DNA of 64,000 nt from Chiloscyllium plagiosum (GCF_004010195.1 NC_057720.1:23802135-23866134); one strand, 5' to 3'. Shown: positions 1 through 12,849, counted from the first letter of the stretch. Program-made: numbers and translations. Notes: a model not told the origin generated them from the letters alone.

Positions 1-129
1 TTCCAACCCAATCCAAGCTGGCTCTGGCCTCCAGTCCGCACCGGGCATTGACTTCAGACCATGCCAAGCTTCACCTCGAAGCTCTTGAAGGCAGGAGACA
101 GCTCTGGAATCACTTTGAGATCAGAAGTC

Positions 130-390
130 CATGCTGAAGACAGCCATGGCCACCCAAAGACTGCCATGGTCCACCGAAAGACCACCATGCCAGACTGAGA
201 GATTGCCATGCTGGGCGAGAGATTGTCACACCACGCTGTCGGGACACTGCCATACAGAACTGAGAGACCACCACACTGGGCTGGGAGACCACCATGTGCC
301 ACATAGACACAGTTACACTGGCCCAAGCGACTACCATGCCGGGCAGAGGGAACACCACGCGCTGCTGAGAGATTGCCACGCCAGACCACA
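130..390. repeat. Degenerate ~21-bp tandem repeat
   Basis: Recurring units such as gaccaccatgccagactgaga / gattgccatgctgggcgaga / gaccaccacactgggctggga / gactaccatgccgggcagagg; about 11 copies. Confidence 0.7.
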
Positions 391-714
391 TTCTCTGAAA
401 CCATCTGAAATGCCTTAAGTAAGTTCGCTATTACCAATCCTTCCTATTGGTATTAGTCTGAGTTACTGATATCGAGTGGGATAGGATGCTCATACTCAGT
501 CTTCAACAGAAGATAAGCCCAATCTTGATACACAATAAATACTTATTAAATATTGCTTAGTAGCTAGTTTAAATACTGCTAAAAGCAAACAAGGAACTGA
601 AACGTTACATTTTGCATATATCAGAACTGGTTCTCAAGAAACAGAATTAGTAAAAGGACATCAATTTATAGCACCAAAAAAGGTTGCTGATTGGTTGGTC
701 CATCATTGGAATGT

Positions 715-1107
715 AGAAATATGGAAGTAAAGAAAATAAGAGGAGGAGAAGGCTATTCAGCCCATGGAGCCTGCTTCACCATTCACAGCTGGTCATTCAA
801 CTCAGTACTCTGCTCCTGCTTTCTCCCCGTGATCACTCTCATTTCTGTCTTTGATACTTTTAGCCCTATGAACCATCTGCAAATCCTTCTTGAAACCATT
901 TAATGTTTTGGCCTCAACTACTTTCTGTGGCAGAGAATTCAATAGGCTCACCACTCTCTAGGTCACTAATTTCTCCTCATCTCAATACTAATTAGACTAC
1001 TATGTATCCTTAGACTGTGAGCACTGGTTGTGGACTCCCTGGTCATCTGGACCATCCTTCCTGTGATTATCCTGAAGAGTCCTGTTTGAATTTTATAGGT
1101 TTCTAAG
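715..1107 (-). mobile_element. CR1 LINE 3' end, degenerate
   Basis: Reverse-complement CR1 tail (ggctattcagcccatggagcctgc...) and ORF2 C-terminal sequence resembling other copies in the window. Confidence 0.7.
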
Positions 1108-2182
1108 ATGGCGATGCAGCAGGAATAGTTAACTGTCAATCTTACTTTAAACCCAGGTGGGTGGATTCTGAGTGGTCAGGGTGTTACCATGGAAATGTAG
1201 TAGAGACTGGCAATCTTCATGACCTATTTTTAATGACAAAGGTGAAATGTTGTATAAATTCCTTTTGACTACATGAAATAGGGTCCTGTGTATTAGTATT
1301 TATAGCTTTTGACTTCCACAAATGCATCAGACTGTGAGCCTACTGATGTTCATAAACTGATGACCAATAGCAGAATAACATTTTACTAGTTGTCATACTG
1401 TTCTGAGTTCAGAATCCTACTAGTGGCCATCATTTGTCAATAAATCAGGATTGTTACATTGTATCTGAGACACAGGATTTGGTGTGATATGAGCCTTAAC
1501 TTCAGAGTAATTACATATTACTGATTGCTACACCCAACAACAGTCCTTTTAATCTTGATGAATGGAGCTTATCTCTTGATGTCAGTTAACCCTTGCAGAC
1601 ACCAGCTGCCTTTTCAACAGTGAGGTCCTGTGACCCATTGTGTCTATAGTCACTCTCTGCAGGAGCTACTCAGCCAGACCCAGCCCTGCACCATTTTCCC
1701 ATAACCCTGAGATAGTTTGCTCATTTGATAATTATCCAGTTTCCCTTTGAAAACCACAATATATTCTGCCTCTGCCATTCCAGATTATAACCAAATTGGT
1801 GCATCAAGGATATTTATTTCTCTCGTGTTGTCATTGGTTCTTTTGTGAATCATTTTAAATCAAAGAATTCAACCATTCTTCCAATGGGAACACCTTGTTT
1901 CTAACTACCCTGTCCAAACCACTCTTTCTCAGCTCTCTCATGCAGAAACAATACTGGTTGTCACGGTGCAGCATCTGCAGCTGTTAAGGAATCTATGAAA
2001 TACAAAAACGCATTGAACTCAATTTCTGATCATGAACAATCCTATTTGGAAGGTGTGTGTGTGTAACTGATTGCACAGATTCTTAACTAATTCCAGTATA
2101 ATGATGTTCACATCCTATCCCTATCACTTCCTGATACAGATAGTTGGATAATAGTATATAGTAAGAGTATATAGTAATAGTA

Positions 2183-2533
2183 AGAGTCATAGAATCCCTA
2201 CAGTGAGGAAGCAGGCTATTCAGCCCTCAAGTCCACACTACCCTCCAAAGAACATCCCACCTAGCCCCATTCTCCTATCCTATCCATGTAGTCATGCATT
2301 TCCTCTGACGAGCTTGAACCTTATGGGCAATTTTGCATGGCCAGTTCACCTAACCTGCACATCTTTGGACTGTGGAAGGAAACTGGTGCACCAAGAGGGA
2401 ACTCACACAGACACAGGCAGAATGTTCAAACTCCACACAAACTCCACACAAACAGTCACCCAAGTGTGATACCAAATCTGGGTCTCTGGTGCTGTGAGGC
2501 AGCAGTGCTAATCACTGAGCCAACGTGCTGTCC
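2183..2533 (-). mobile_element. HE1-type V-SINE
   Basis: Reverse complement of tRNA-like head (gcagcagtgctaatcactgagcc), V-domain (ctttggactgtggaaggaaactgg) and CR1-like tail. Confidence 0.9.
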
Positions 2534-4394
2534 TTGGGGAACAGAGGCAAAGGATGATTAAGTATCATTATAGATTGGTTTCTGATCTTCCACTAACTTC
2601 AATTAAAATGTAAGCTATGACTTTAATCCAGCAAATTTTTCTCACTGATTCGACTCCCAACTCTCTTAATTTATTATATCTTTTTTAAAGTTAGACTATT
2701 GACTAATTTATTTTCCTGCCTAAATACATCAGTGCAGCTGATATCATAAATAAATCCCTTACAAATATCTTTTATATCAAATAATTAATTTAAGAATCAT
2801 TTATCAACAGTGAAGTCAGAGAATAGGGATGCAGCAAATATTTTGAATAGTGACTGTTTATAAAGGGTTAGCTGCTGCAATTTTCACAATTTTCTGAAAT
2901 TACCACCTATTGATACTGTAATGTTTGTATAAAATACTAATTTTTCAGTGATAAGTACACTTTTGAAAAAGATATTCTTATATGCTAAGGCATTTTATTG
3001 AAGGTGAAACAAATCATTTATAGCAGAACTAAAACTAACTCTTCTTTTGTTGAAATAATTTGTGCACTTTTGGCAGAATATTCTATGTTCACACAAAGTA
3101 AGTGAATGCAAACCCATTTACAAGTTTCATAGCAGACTAGCAACTTCAGTCAGTGTATAACATGTGGTCACTGTTTGAGGTCTCTGCTAATAATAGTGAT
3201 CTGAAATGAGTTTAGTCTGCTAATCAAATAGAGCATTTCTTCATTAGAAGCTACTCTATTTTCTAGAGATCGTGACTGCAGTGAGCTAACTCTTTCATCA
3301 CCAGTGCATTGGAAGAGTTCAGAAGACTTACCTTTATTGATCTGACTTCAACGAACAGAAGTAATTATTTCACTTTAATGAGAAGGAACCTTTTTTAAGT
3401 TTGTATCTAGTTTATAGCTGGTAGGGATAACAAATTGAAGGGAGATAGAAATGTTTCTGAGCTGACTGAGACTCACAGGGATTAATTACCAAGAATCCCT
3501 AACTGACTGAAAAAGCTGAACAGATGGAGTTTCTATTTCTCGGTAAATGAGTAGTCCCAGCCTTCAGGGGATGAGTCTGACCCACAGGGGATATGGCCTC
3601 AACCACAGGAGACCCTAAAAGTAACACCCAATGGAATTAAAAATCTGAATTGATGGTTGTGAATCATTCATTGTAAAGTGATTTAAGACATCCTGAGGTC
3701 TTTTTTTAATTGTAAGGAGTTAGCTGATATTACTTCATTTAGCCATTGATAACCAAGGAAGGCAAGCTCATATGCCACATGGCAATTTGATTGAGTTGTG
3801 TTTCAACAAAGAGATTTGAATGCTTAGCTTCTACCCAAGGATTCTGTATAGAGCTGTATATTCAAACTATGGACTGTCACGGATTGCTAACGTACTTTTG
3901 AAAAAATGTAAATCTAAATCAGTGTAGAGATTTTGCTTTGGGCGCAATTGAGAATTTATGACCAAACTAATCTCAAAACTGTGCAGATTAAGTTACAGTT
4001 CAAACTTCAATCAGAGTCTTTTTTCATATTAATAAACTTAAATTCTTCTAGACCAGGCAAGATATTGGAACATTGCAACTAAAAATAGGTTTATCACAAA
4101 TATTAAGCATTTTTAATGTGTCTGGTCCTCCACCATCGAAAAACCCAATTTAAAAATCACTTAAAACAAATATTGTTTTCTGAGTTGCTTACTAGTCAAT
4201 TTCATAACGAATTATATATTTCTTGATATGACAAATTTTTAAAAACATGTTGATATGATGCTCATGTTTTCTCCAAACAACACAACAGATGGAAACCTAG
4301 AATGTCAAATCAGAAAAAGTGACTAATCTTGTGCGCTCTTAGAGTGAATTGCTTTTGATGTTGCTCACAAGCATTCAAAATTTGCTCATTGCAT

Positions 4395-4786
4395 AGAGTT
4401 ATGGAGTCATACAGGAAACATGCCCTTCAGCCCAACCTTTCCATATCAACCCTGCTTCCTAAATTGAACTAGTCCATTTGCCTGCATTTGGCCCATATCC
4501 CTCCAAACCATTCCTATCCAATAAACTGTTTAGCTGTTTCTACCACTTCTTTTGGCAGCTCATTCCATATATGTACCATCCTGTTTGAAACGTTGCCCTT
4601 CAGTCCTTTTTAAATCTTTCCCCTCTCTCCTTAAATCTATGCCCTCTAGTTTTGAACTCCCCTACCCTGGGGAAAAGATGTTGGCTACTCATCTTATCTA
4701 TGGCCTTAACGACTATAAAGGTCACCCCTCAGCCTCCTATGCTCCAGGAGATAAAAAAGGTCCAGCTTATCCAGCTTCTCCTTATA
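4395..4786 (-). mobile_element. CR1 LINE 3' end
   Basis: ggcccatatccctccaaacc...gccctctagttt is the reverse complement of the CR1 3' end. Confidence 0.8.
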
Positions 4787-5787
4787 AGAGGGTGGTGATG
4801 GAGGGTTGTTTTTCAGACTGGAGGCTTGTGACCAGTGGTGTGCCATAAGGTTCGGTGCTGGGTCCACTACTTTTTGTCATTTATATAAATGATTTGGATG
4901 TGAACATAGGCGGTATAGTTAGTAAGTTTGTAGATGACACCAAAATTGGAGGTGTAGTGGACAGCAAAGAAGGCTACCTCAGATTACAATGGGATCTTGA
5001 TCAGATGGGTCAGTGGGCTTAGGAGTGGCAGATGGAGTTTAATTCAGATAAATGCGAGGTGCTGCATTTTGGGAAAGCAAATCAGGGCAGGACTTATATC
5101 CTTAATAGTAAGGTCCAAGGGAGGGTTGCAGAACAAAGAGACCTCGGAGTGCAGGTTCATAGCACCTTGAAAGTAAAGTCGCAGGTAGATACGATAGTGA
5201 AGCAGACGTTTGGTATGCTTTCCTTTATTAGTCAGAGCATTAAGTATAGGAGTCGGGAGGTCATGTTGTGTCACTTTTGAAATATTGCATGCAATTCTGG
5301 TCTTTGTTGTGAAACTTGAAAGGGTTCAGAAAAAAATTACAAGGATGTTGCTAGGGTTGGAGGATTTGTGCTATTGGGTGAGGCTGAATAGACTGGGGTT
5401 GTTTCCCCTGGAGCGTCGAAGACTGAGGGGTGACCTCATAGAGGCTTATAAAGTTATGAGGGGCATGGAGAGGGTAAATAGATGAGTTGGGTGGGGAGAG
5501 TCCAGAACTAGAGGCCATAAGTTTAGGGTGAGAAGGGAAAGATATAAAAGGGACCTAAGAGGCAACGTTTTTCACGCAGAAGGTGGTACGTGTATGGAAT
5601 GAGCGGCCAGAGGAAGTCGTGGAGGCTGGTACAATTGCAACATTTAAAAGGCATCTGGTGATGGGTATATGAATAGGTAGAGTTTAGAGGGATATGGGCC
5701 AAGTGCTGGCAAATGGCACTAGATTGGGTTGTGATATCTGGTCGGTAAGGACTAGTTGGACCATACTATACATTTCTATGACTCTAT
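4787..5787 (+). mobile_element. CR1/HER1 LINE, 5'-truncated (RT to 3' tail)
   Basis: Translates to [26 protein letters not shown] and LERRRLRGDLIE; frameshifts and stops; ctatgactctat tail. Confidence 0.95.
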
Positions 5788-5789
5788 AG

Positions 5790-6030
5790 GTTAGATTACT
5801 TACAGTGTGGAAACAGGCCCTTCGGCCCAACAAGTCCACTCCGACCCATCGAAGCGCAACCCACCCAGATCCATTCCCCTACATTTTACCCCTTCACCTA
5901 ACACTAAGGGGAATTTAGCATGGCCAATTCACCTAACCTGCACATTTTTGGACTGTGGGAGGAAACTGGAGCACCCGGAGGAAACCCACGCAGATATGGG
6001 GAGAATGTGCAAACTCCACACAGTCAGTCC
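5790..6030 (-). mobile_element. HE1-type V-SINE, 3' part
   Basis: ttagattacttacagtgtggaaacaggcc tail and V-domain; head missing. Confidence 0.9.
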
Positions 6031-6126
6031 TTCTTTATTTCCCTGTCTACCCGTGATGCTAGTTCCAAGGAACAATGTTCCTGCACCCCTACGTCTCTTT
6101 GTTCGATAACACTCCCCAGGGTCCTG
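6031..6126 (-). mobile_element. CR1 ORF2 internal fragment
   Basis: Reverse complement gaccctggggagtgttatcgaacaaagagacgtaggggtgcagg matches the LGSV.EQRDLGVQ segment of other copies. Confidence 0.75.
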
Positions 6127-6137
6127 TTATTTGTTTG

Positions 6138-6717
6138 CGGAACGTTTCAGAGAACACCTCTGGGACACCCGGACCAACCAACCCAATCACCCCGTGGCTC
6201 AACACTTCAACTCCCCCTCCAACTCCACCAAGGACATGCAGGTCCTTGGACTCCTCCATCGCCAGACCATAGCAACACGACAGCTGGAGGAAGAGCGCCT
6301 CATCTTCCTCCTAGGAACCCTCCAATCACAAGGAATGAACTCAGATTTCTCCAGTTTCCTCATTTCCCCTCCCCCCACCTTGTCTCAGTCTCAACCCTCG
6401 AACTCAGCACCACTTTCCTAACCTGCAATCTTCTTCCTGACCTCTCTGCCCCCACCTCACTCCGGCCTATCACCCTCACCTTATCACCCTCACCTTAACC
6501 TCCTTCCACCTATCGCATTTCCAACGCCCCTCCCCCAAGTCCCTCCTCCCTACCTTTTATCTTAGCCTGCTTGGCACACTTTCCTCATTCCTGAAGAAGG
6601 GCTCATGCCCGAAACGTCGATTCTCCTGCTCCTTGGATGCTGCCTGACCTGCTGCGCTTTTCCAGCAACACATTTTCGGCTCTGATCACCAGCATCTGCA
6701 GTCCTCACTTTCTCCTA
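6138..6717 (+). mobile_element. Penelope-like retroelement 3' end (GIY-YIG C-terminus plus pseudo-LTR), young
   Basis: ORF 6131-6421 reads ERFREHL...PVAQHFN...RQLEEERLIFLLGTLQSQGMN (PLE GIY-YIG); flanking 11-bp direct repeat ttatttgtttg at 6127-6137 and 6718-6728. Confidence 0.9.
6586..6625 (+). ncRNA. Minimal type-I hammerhead ribozyme motif in PLE terminus
   Basis: CTGAAGA (6591-6597), extra A, stem II GGGC-TCAT-GCCC, GAAA, then CGTC; predicted cut after 6618; stem I is short. Confidence 0.75.
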
Positions 6718-7004
6718 TTATTTGTTTGGGAGCTTCTATCAGGATTGAGTAAAAAGGTCCAAACACTTCCTCTTGAAAATGTCCTTATGGAGTGATCTCC
6801 TAAATCAAAGTTGTATGATGGGAATGTCCCTGAAACATTTTTCTCTGAGACCAAAGGGAGATTAATGACTAGTTAATTGCGCTACTTCCTGTACACTGTT
6901 TGACATCTACTTAAAGCATGGTTAAAGTATCAGAAAGAATTCTATCACCATTACAAAGTCTGACCTATATCTGAACTCCAATCCTGTATTAATGTGGTTA
7001 AAGC

Positions 7005-8640
7005 CATAAGACCATAGGAATAGGAGTAGGCCTTTTGACCCCTTGAGCCTATATCTCCATTCAATAAGATCATGGCTGACCCAACACTCCTCACATCCAC
7101 ATTCCTGCCCTTTCCCCAAATCCCTTGATTTCTCTGCTAATTAAGAACCTATCTATCTCAGCTTTAAATAGATGGAGGACTGTTCCCCACAATTCCAAAG
7201 ACTCACAATATTCTGAGAGAAGAAATTCCTCCTCATCTCAGACTTAAATTGGCACCCCTTAATTCTGGGACTATGCCCTCTGGTCCTAGTCTCTCCCATG
7301 TGGCAAAATGTCCATTCAGCATTTACCCTGTCAAGGCCCTTAAGGATCCTATATGTTTCAATAAGATCACCTCACATTCGTCTAAACTCCAGTGAGTAGA
7401 GTCCCAACGTGTTCAGCCTTTGTTCATAAGACAATCCCTCCATACTGGGAATAATTCTAGTGAATCTTCTTGAAACTGCCTCCAATTACATAACATCTTT
7501 TCTTAGATAAGGGGACAAAATTGGTATGGTTCGTAAATTTGAAGATGACATTAAAATTGGAGATGTTTCAGCTTACTAAAACATTCTCCATTTAAATAAT
7601 ATTCCTTTCCAAAATGAACAATTTCAAATTTTCCCACATTATACTCCATTTGCCAAATTTTAGTCCATTTACTTAACCTTTCAGCACCTCTCTGTAAACT
7701 GTTTATATCCTTCTCGTAACCCGCCGTTTCAGCTACTTTTCTGTCTTCTGCAAATTTGACTACAGCACATTCAGTTCCTTCCTCCAAGTCATTAATATAT
7801 ATTGGAAATAGTTGTGATCCCAGTACTGATCCCTGTGAAGCTCTAATGATCACAGGTTGCCAACCTGAGAAAGAACCCTTATTTCTGCTTGCTGTTTCCT
7901 GCCCATTAGGCAATTCTCTATCAATGCAAACCGTAGCTCTTATCTTATGATTTAACTTTTTGTGAGGTGTGTTGTCGAACACCTTCTGAAAATTAAAACA
8001 CATCTGCTGGTTGAGACTTCCTTGACAATCTCCAATAAATTTGCCGGTCATGATCTCCCCCTTTCATGAGGGCCTTGCTGACTCTACTTGATTAGATTTT
8101 GGTTTTCCAAATGTCTTGCTATTACTTCCTTAATAATTAATTTCAGTACTTTTCCAACAGTAGATGTTAGATTGATCTGCCGAAGTTACCTACCTGTGCC
8201 TCCCTCCCTTTTCGAATAGGCACCTTTCCAGTCTTCTGGTACTTCTCCAGAATGCAACAATTGTTGGGAAATTCCAACCAAGTCATCCACTGCCTCTCCA
8301 GTTACCACTTTTAAGATTCTAGGGTGTAAGCCATCAGGGCAGGGGACCTATCTGCCTTTAGCCACATTATTTTGTCTAAAACAACTTCTCAAGTGATGGT
8401 GATGGTATTTAATTCCTCCCCCATATCCTTTAGTATTAATGGGATGTTTGAAGTTATTTCCACAGTAAGGATTCATGCAAAATATCTATTTAACTCTTCT
8501 GCCATTTACTTGCCCCCTAAAGCCATCTCCCCAATTCATTTTCTAAGGGGCCTATGTTCACTTTGACCTTCCTTTTCCTTTGATATGTTTAAAGAAACTT
8601 TTATTGTCAGTTTGTCCTTGTTAGCTTGCCCTTGTAGTTG
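7005..8640 (-). mobile_element. CR1 LINE, degenerate
   Basis: Minus-strand ORF with QGSVLGSQLFPIYINDL...KFAED...WQMEYNVGK; CR1 tail at ~7005. Confidence 0.9.
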
Positions 8641-8692
8641 ATATTCACTTGATTGTCTTTTCAGTCCTCCTATGTTGTTGATTCTTACACTA

Positions 8693-8792
8693 AAGCAAAA
8701 TATTAAAGATGCTGGAAAATGGAAAGTCCTTGAATCATTTATAGAGAGGGATACTGAGTTAAGATTTCAGATTAATGACTTTTCATCAGAAC
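8693..8792 (-). mobile_element. PLE terminal micro-element (hammerhead plus tail)
   Basis: Reverse complement begins gttctgatgaaaagtcattaatctgaaatcttaactc. Confidence 0.7.
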
Positions 8793-10299
8793 TCTTCACT
8801 ACACTCTGAAGTGGCCTGGTACTCATTTTGGCAGCACAATAAATGCCAGCCTTGCTGGTAATGACAGAAATGTAAGATTAGTGAGACTGTTGTTTTAATA
8901 GACAAAGTTAAAGCATCCAGACATCATTAGAAAATTGAAAAATCTTAAGAATAGGTTGATACGTGGTTATACACTTGTGACAAATTATACAGTGGAAGGT
9001 TGGAAATTGTTAAGATCCTTGTTAAACTAAATATTTTTCTTAAATTCTCCAAATCTGTGCAGCTTGTAGTGGATGCATACTAAAGAATTCCATTATTTCA
9101 TTACACAATATTTTTCAGGTTGATTAAAGTCAACCCTTTAGGCATGAAACCAGGCCTCCAGTGGACTGCCTGATTTACTCTGGCAAATGAAATTTAGTGT
9201 GACAGGTGATAGTTTAAGTGTTCTAATGTCTCGTGAAATATGCTTTCCCCGTAGAGAGTGGTTTAGTGTGGCCTATTTCTGAGACTCAAAGCCCAAAACG
9301 AAAACACAAGCTGGCGATGATCCAGTCAAGCTATGGCAGGTGCAACTATTTTCCCGAGTAAGTTTTTATTTACCCTCCGTTTAAAAGTCTGCAGAATTGA
9401 TATTGTAAGAAAAGTTCAATATATTAGGAAAACAGTATATTTCAGAAAATACAACAGGGTACAGAATTCAAATTATCAAGTTGCATGGTGAAGTGTGTAG
9501 GTACTCACATTTAGCAGATGAGCACTGAACTGGTCTTAGCTCCCAAAAAGTCAAGGGGCAAATAATCTTCCATACAAATCCCAAATTCACATATGAATTG
9601 GGCAAGGTACCAATTAGCCATTTACACACACGGAGCTAGGTCCAGCAAGGAGAAACTGTATTTAGAAAAGGAGGATAAAAGATTAGACAGAATAACTGAC
9701 AAACAAGGCATGATAAAAAGGCTTCATCAATTCAACCTAAGATTTTATTCCTGTGCAAAAAAGATGAGCACTGATCCGAAAGTTACCAAAGACAAGCTTA
9801 TCTGATTCTTTAGCCATTGGTCTAACAAGATTTGCTGACTGAGTTCCTTCAAATAATATTTCAAAACAAACTCATTCACAGTCATTTCATAAGTGGCTGT
9901 TTATTGCATTTCAGAACAATATTTTTCCATAAAGAAAGAGCAAAGGTGGAGAATTGTGCATTGTAAGAAAGTTGCAAAATTATAATGTTCCTTCAGCACC
10001 AGTCAATCTTTTGCCCATTTACCATTAGCTCATGCCTTGTCCCTGCTTATTTCTTGCTTATTAAGCATTACCATACCTACAATAAGGACATTTTTAAAGT
10101 GACAGTTATGAATGTAAAGCCTGCTGAGACTTTCAAAGAATTGAAGAAGATGCACATATTCTAACAACTTAAAACTCTCCATAGCATAAACTGTGATGAG
10201 TGAGATGTTAACATGCATTGACTTTGAGACCTTTATAGACAGTCACATATATGATCTGAAGACAGTTAAGATTTCAAGTCCAAAAACTGTTCTTCACAA

Positions 10300-10405
10300 C
10301 AGAGAGGAAGAGTCATATCGGACTCAAAACATTAACTCTGCTTTTCTCTTCAAAGATGCTGTCAGGTCTGCAAAGTTTATCTGGCACTTTCTGTTTATAT
10401 TTCAT
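10300..10405 (+). mobile_element. PLE terminal micro-element, degenerate
   Basis: gaagagtcatatcggactcaaaacattaactctg...gatgctgtcaggtctgc. Confidence 0.65.
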
Positions 10406-10995
10406 CAGATAAATTATGGTTGTAGACCCAACGACCAATTATTTAGTGAGTTAGCCATTCGTGACAACCTACTGAACATCCACATCCACACTACAAGGAC
10501 ATATACAAATGAAATATTGAGATATTGAAGTGACGGTCGCTGTGACCTCTGGTGGCTGATTGTTTGGAAGGGGAATAAAAGAGTCAAATAGAAATGGAAA
10601 GCTCAGCTGGACAAAAGAGCTGCATTTTCCTCATCCTTCTTCCTTTGCAGAATACACAGCAGAATTTGCCTTGCTATAGAATGAGGTTCTTAAACATACC
10701 AGTTGAAGTTTAGCAGAGTTGATCATCAACGGACAAACCTTTATCCTACCAGACAGATGGTTGAAATGGAAATACACAAAACGAAGTTCGTATTTGGGAC
10801 AATTAGAGTCAGAGTCAAATCTTAGCCTTCACTGTAAAGAGTCTTACTGCATCGGATAAGGGAGTTTCGTGAGATTATACCAGTAGTACAGAATGCAGTT
10901 TTGGTCTGTACTAATGAAAGCACACTTCTCTTGATGTATATTCAGTGATTCACAAAGTGCTCCTTCATGTAGTCACTAATTAAAGTCCTGTTGGG

Positions 10996-11202
10996 GTAAA
11001 GTAAAGACAGCATCACCACAGTCCCACTTTCTCACAGGGGTAGAGAGACAGTTGGTGGTGAGTTTAACCTGAGGTTCATCATGCCTCAGGCAAGGGTTGA
11101 GGTTGAGAAGGCAAGATCTTCACAATGATCTTCCAAGTATTGGAATTGAACTCTCACTGGTGGCATCATTCTGCAGCAGAAACCAGGTGAACTGAGCTAA
11201 CC
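10996..11202 (-). mobile_element. tRNA-derived SINE (non-HE1 family)
   Basis: Reverse complement starts ggttagctcagtt (A-box-like), has gagttcaattcc (B-box-like) and ends in a ctttactttac tail. Confidence 0.7.
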
Positions 11203-11449
11203 ATAGGATGCTGTAACATGCTCCGTTTAAGTATTGAAGTATCACCTCCATCTTATTGGAAATGAGAGAATTCAGAATGATGATCTTGAATTTATTCTGA
11301 TATTCTGTTGGATTCCCACAAAACCCAGGAAGAGTCCAATCAGTACAGCTGCTGTTCAGGTCCGTCTCCTAGGATTTGTGTTGCTTTGAGCAAGTCTACT
11401 TTGTTTACCATAGATGCTGAAAGCCAGTTTCCTCCAACACTAACATACA

Positions 11450-12370
11450 ATGATGATATTATATTGGAATAAAATATATTTTACAGTCACATGTACTCAA
11501 GTATAGAAGTACAGGGGTACAGGGAAAAGTTTACAATGTCGGCACATACGCTGCCACCTTAGGTGCAAAGTACTAGGTGCAGAATAGAGAGATAAAGGGA
11601 GAAAGAAGGAGCCAAGTTAGATTACTTCCAGTTATTCATAGGATAAGTTAGAAAAATGAGAAATAAAGTCAAAAAGATAAGCATTATAGTCTTTCTATAA
11701 ATGGCCTGCAGTAGATCAGCACAGGGGCTTCCACACGTGACTGCACGCACTGATCCCAGTCCAATAACTGTCCCACTCCACCCAGGTGTCCAGCCTGTTG
11801 GCCATCCGCCCAGCGCTCAGGCCTCCAATCCACTGACCGTCCACTCTACTCTCAGGCCTCCAGCCCACTGACCATCCACACTGTGCTCAGGCCTCCAGCC
11901 CACTGACCATCCACTCTACGCTCAGGCCTCCAGCCGATTGACCATCCCCACTCCATTCAGGCCTCCAGCCTACTGACCATCCACCCTACACTCAGGCCTC
12001 CAGCCCACTGACCGTCCACACTCCGCTCAGGCCTCCAGCCCACTGATCATTTGCTCTATGCTCAGGCCTCCAGCCTACTGGACATCCCTACTCCACCCAG
12101 GTGTCCGGCCCACTGTCCATCAGCACTGTGCTCAGGCCTCCAGTCAGCTGATTGTCCCCATATCACTCGGGTCTCCAGCCTACTGACCATCACCGTTCTG
12201 CTCGGGCTTCCAGCCCGCTCGGCTCCACACTTCCAGCCCACTCTACTTCAAGGGAAAGCACCAATAAATGGAAAAACTGAGGGAAAAAGAGAGAAGGAAA
12301 AGGGAAATAATTTGAAGGAGTGGATAAGCTCCAGTTGGAGTGTCCTACTCCACTACCATCCTGACCAGAA
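11450..12370 (-). mobile_element. Probable non-autonomous LINE-derived composite element containing a minisatellite
   Basis: Reverse complement starts ttctggtcaggatggtagtggagtagg and ends ...tgagtacatgtgactgtaaaat, resembling fish Rex/Babar-type ends (recalled, unverified). Confidence 0.45.
11765..12235. repeat. 35-bp minisatellite, ~13 copies
   Basis: ctcaggcctccagcccactgaccatcca(N7) units start at 11781, 11816, 11851, 11886, 11921, 11956, 11991, 12026, 12061, 12096, 12131, 12166 and 12201. Confidence 0.95.
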
Positions 12371-12849
12371 AGGTAATATCGACAAACTGACTTCATCTGA
12401 TGAGCAATATCGCAACAAAGCTTTTGGTAAAACAGCTGAAAAAGCTGGATGATGATACATTCAGAATCCTATTTTAATGTTGCAAGCTCACAAGAGGATG
12501 TTACAATTCAAAAAATAAACAACACTTTGTTTTTACATTAGATTTGAATTATATTGCTTCTTAGTATATTGTTCAGAAATAAATTAGAAACTGAAAGTTC
12601 TTCTGTTTTATATTCAGAACATACCCCTAATGAAACCTAGACACTATGAGAATTTCTGAAGTGTTGCAAGGTAATAATTGCACTAAGAGTTTCTGATGTT
12701 TCAATGATTACGTCCTCGATTTAGAATTGAGCAAATGAGCTAAAATTCATATTTAACTCAAATCATTGCATATGCAAGTCTTCAGACTACTTGAACTTTC
12801 CATTTTTTGCTTCAGAGGTGAGATAGTCAATTGGATTTAAAATCCAGAT

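Noticed and set aside
2148..2192. Short atagta/agagt reiterations
   Set aside because: Slippage of the adjacent SINE tail microsatellite
4395..5787. Twin-priming inversion of one CR1
   Set aside because: Both halves contain a 3' end and their tail sequences differ, indicating two independent insertions
5920..6498. 192-aa ORF
   Set aside because: Chance read-through across HE1, a CR1 fragment and an off-frame PLE
11765..12235. CRISPR-like repeat/spacer appearance
   Set aside because: Variable parts are only ~7 nt and related to each other, the context is vertebrate and there are no cas genes; it is a minisatellite
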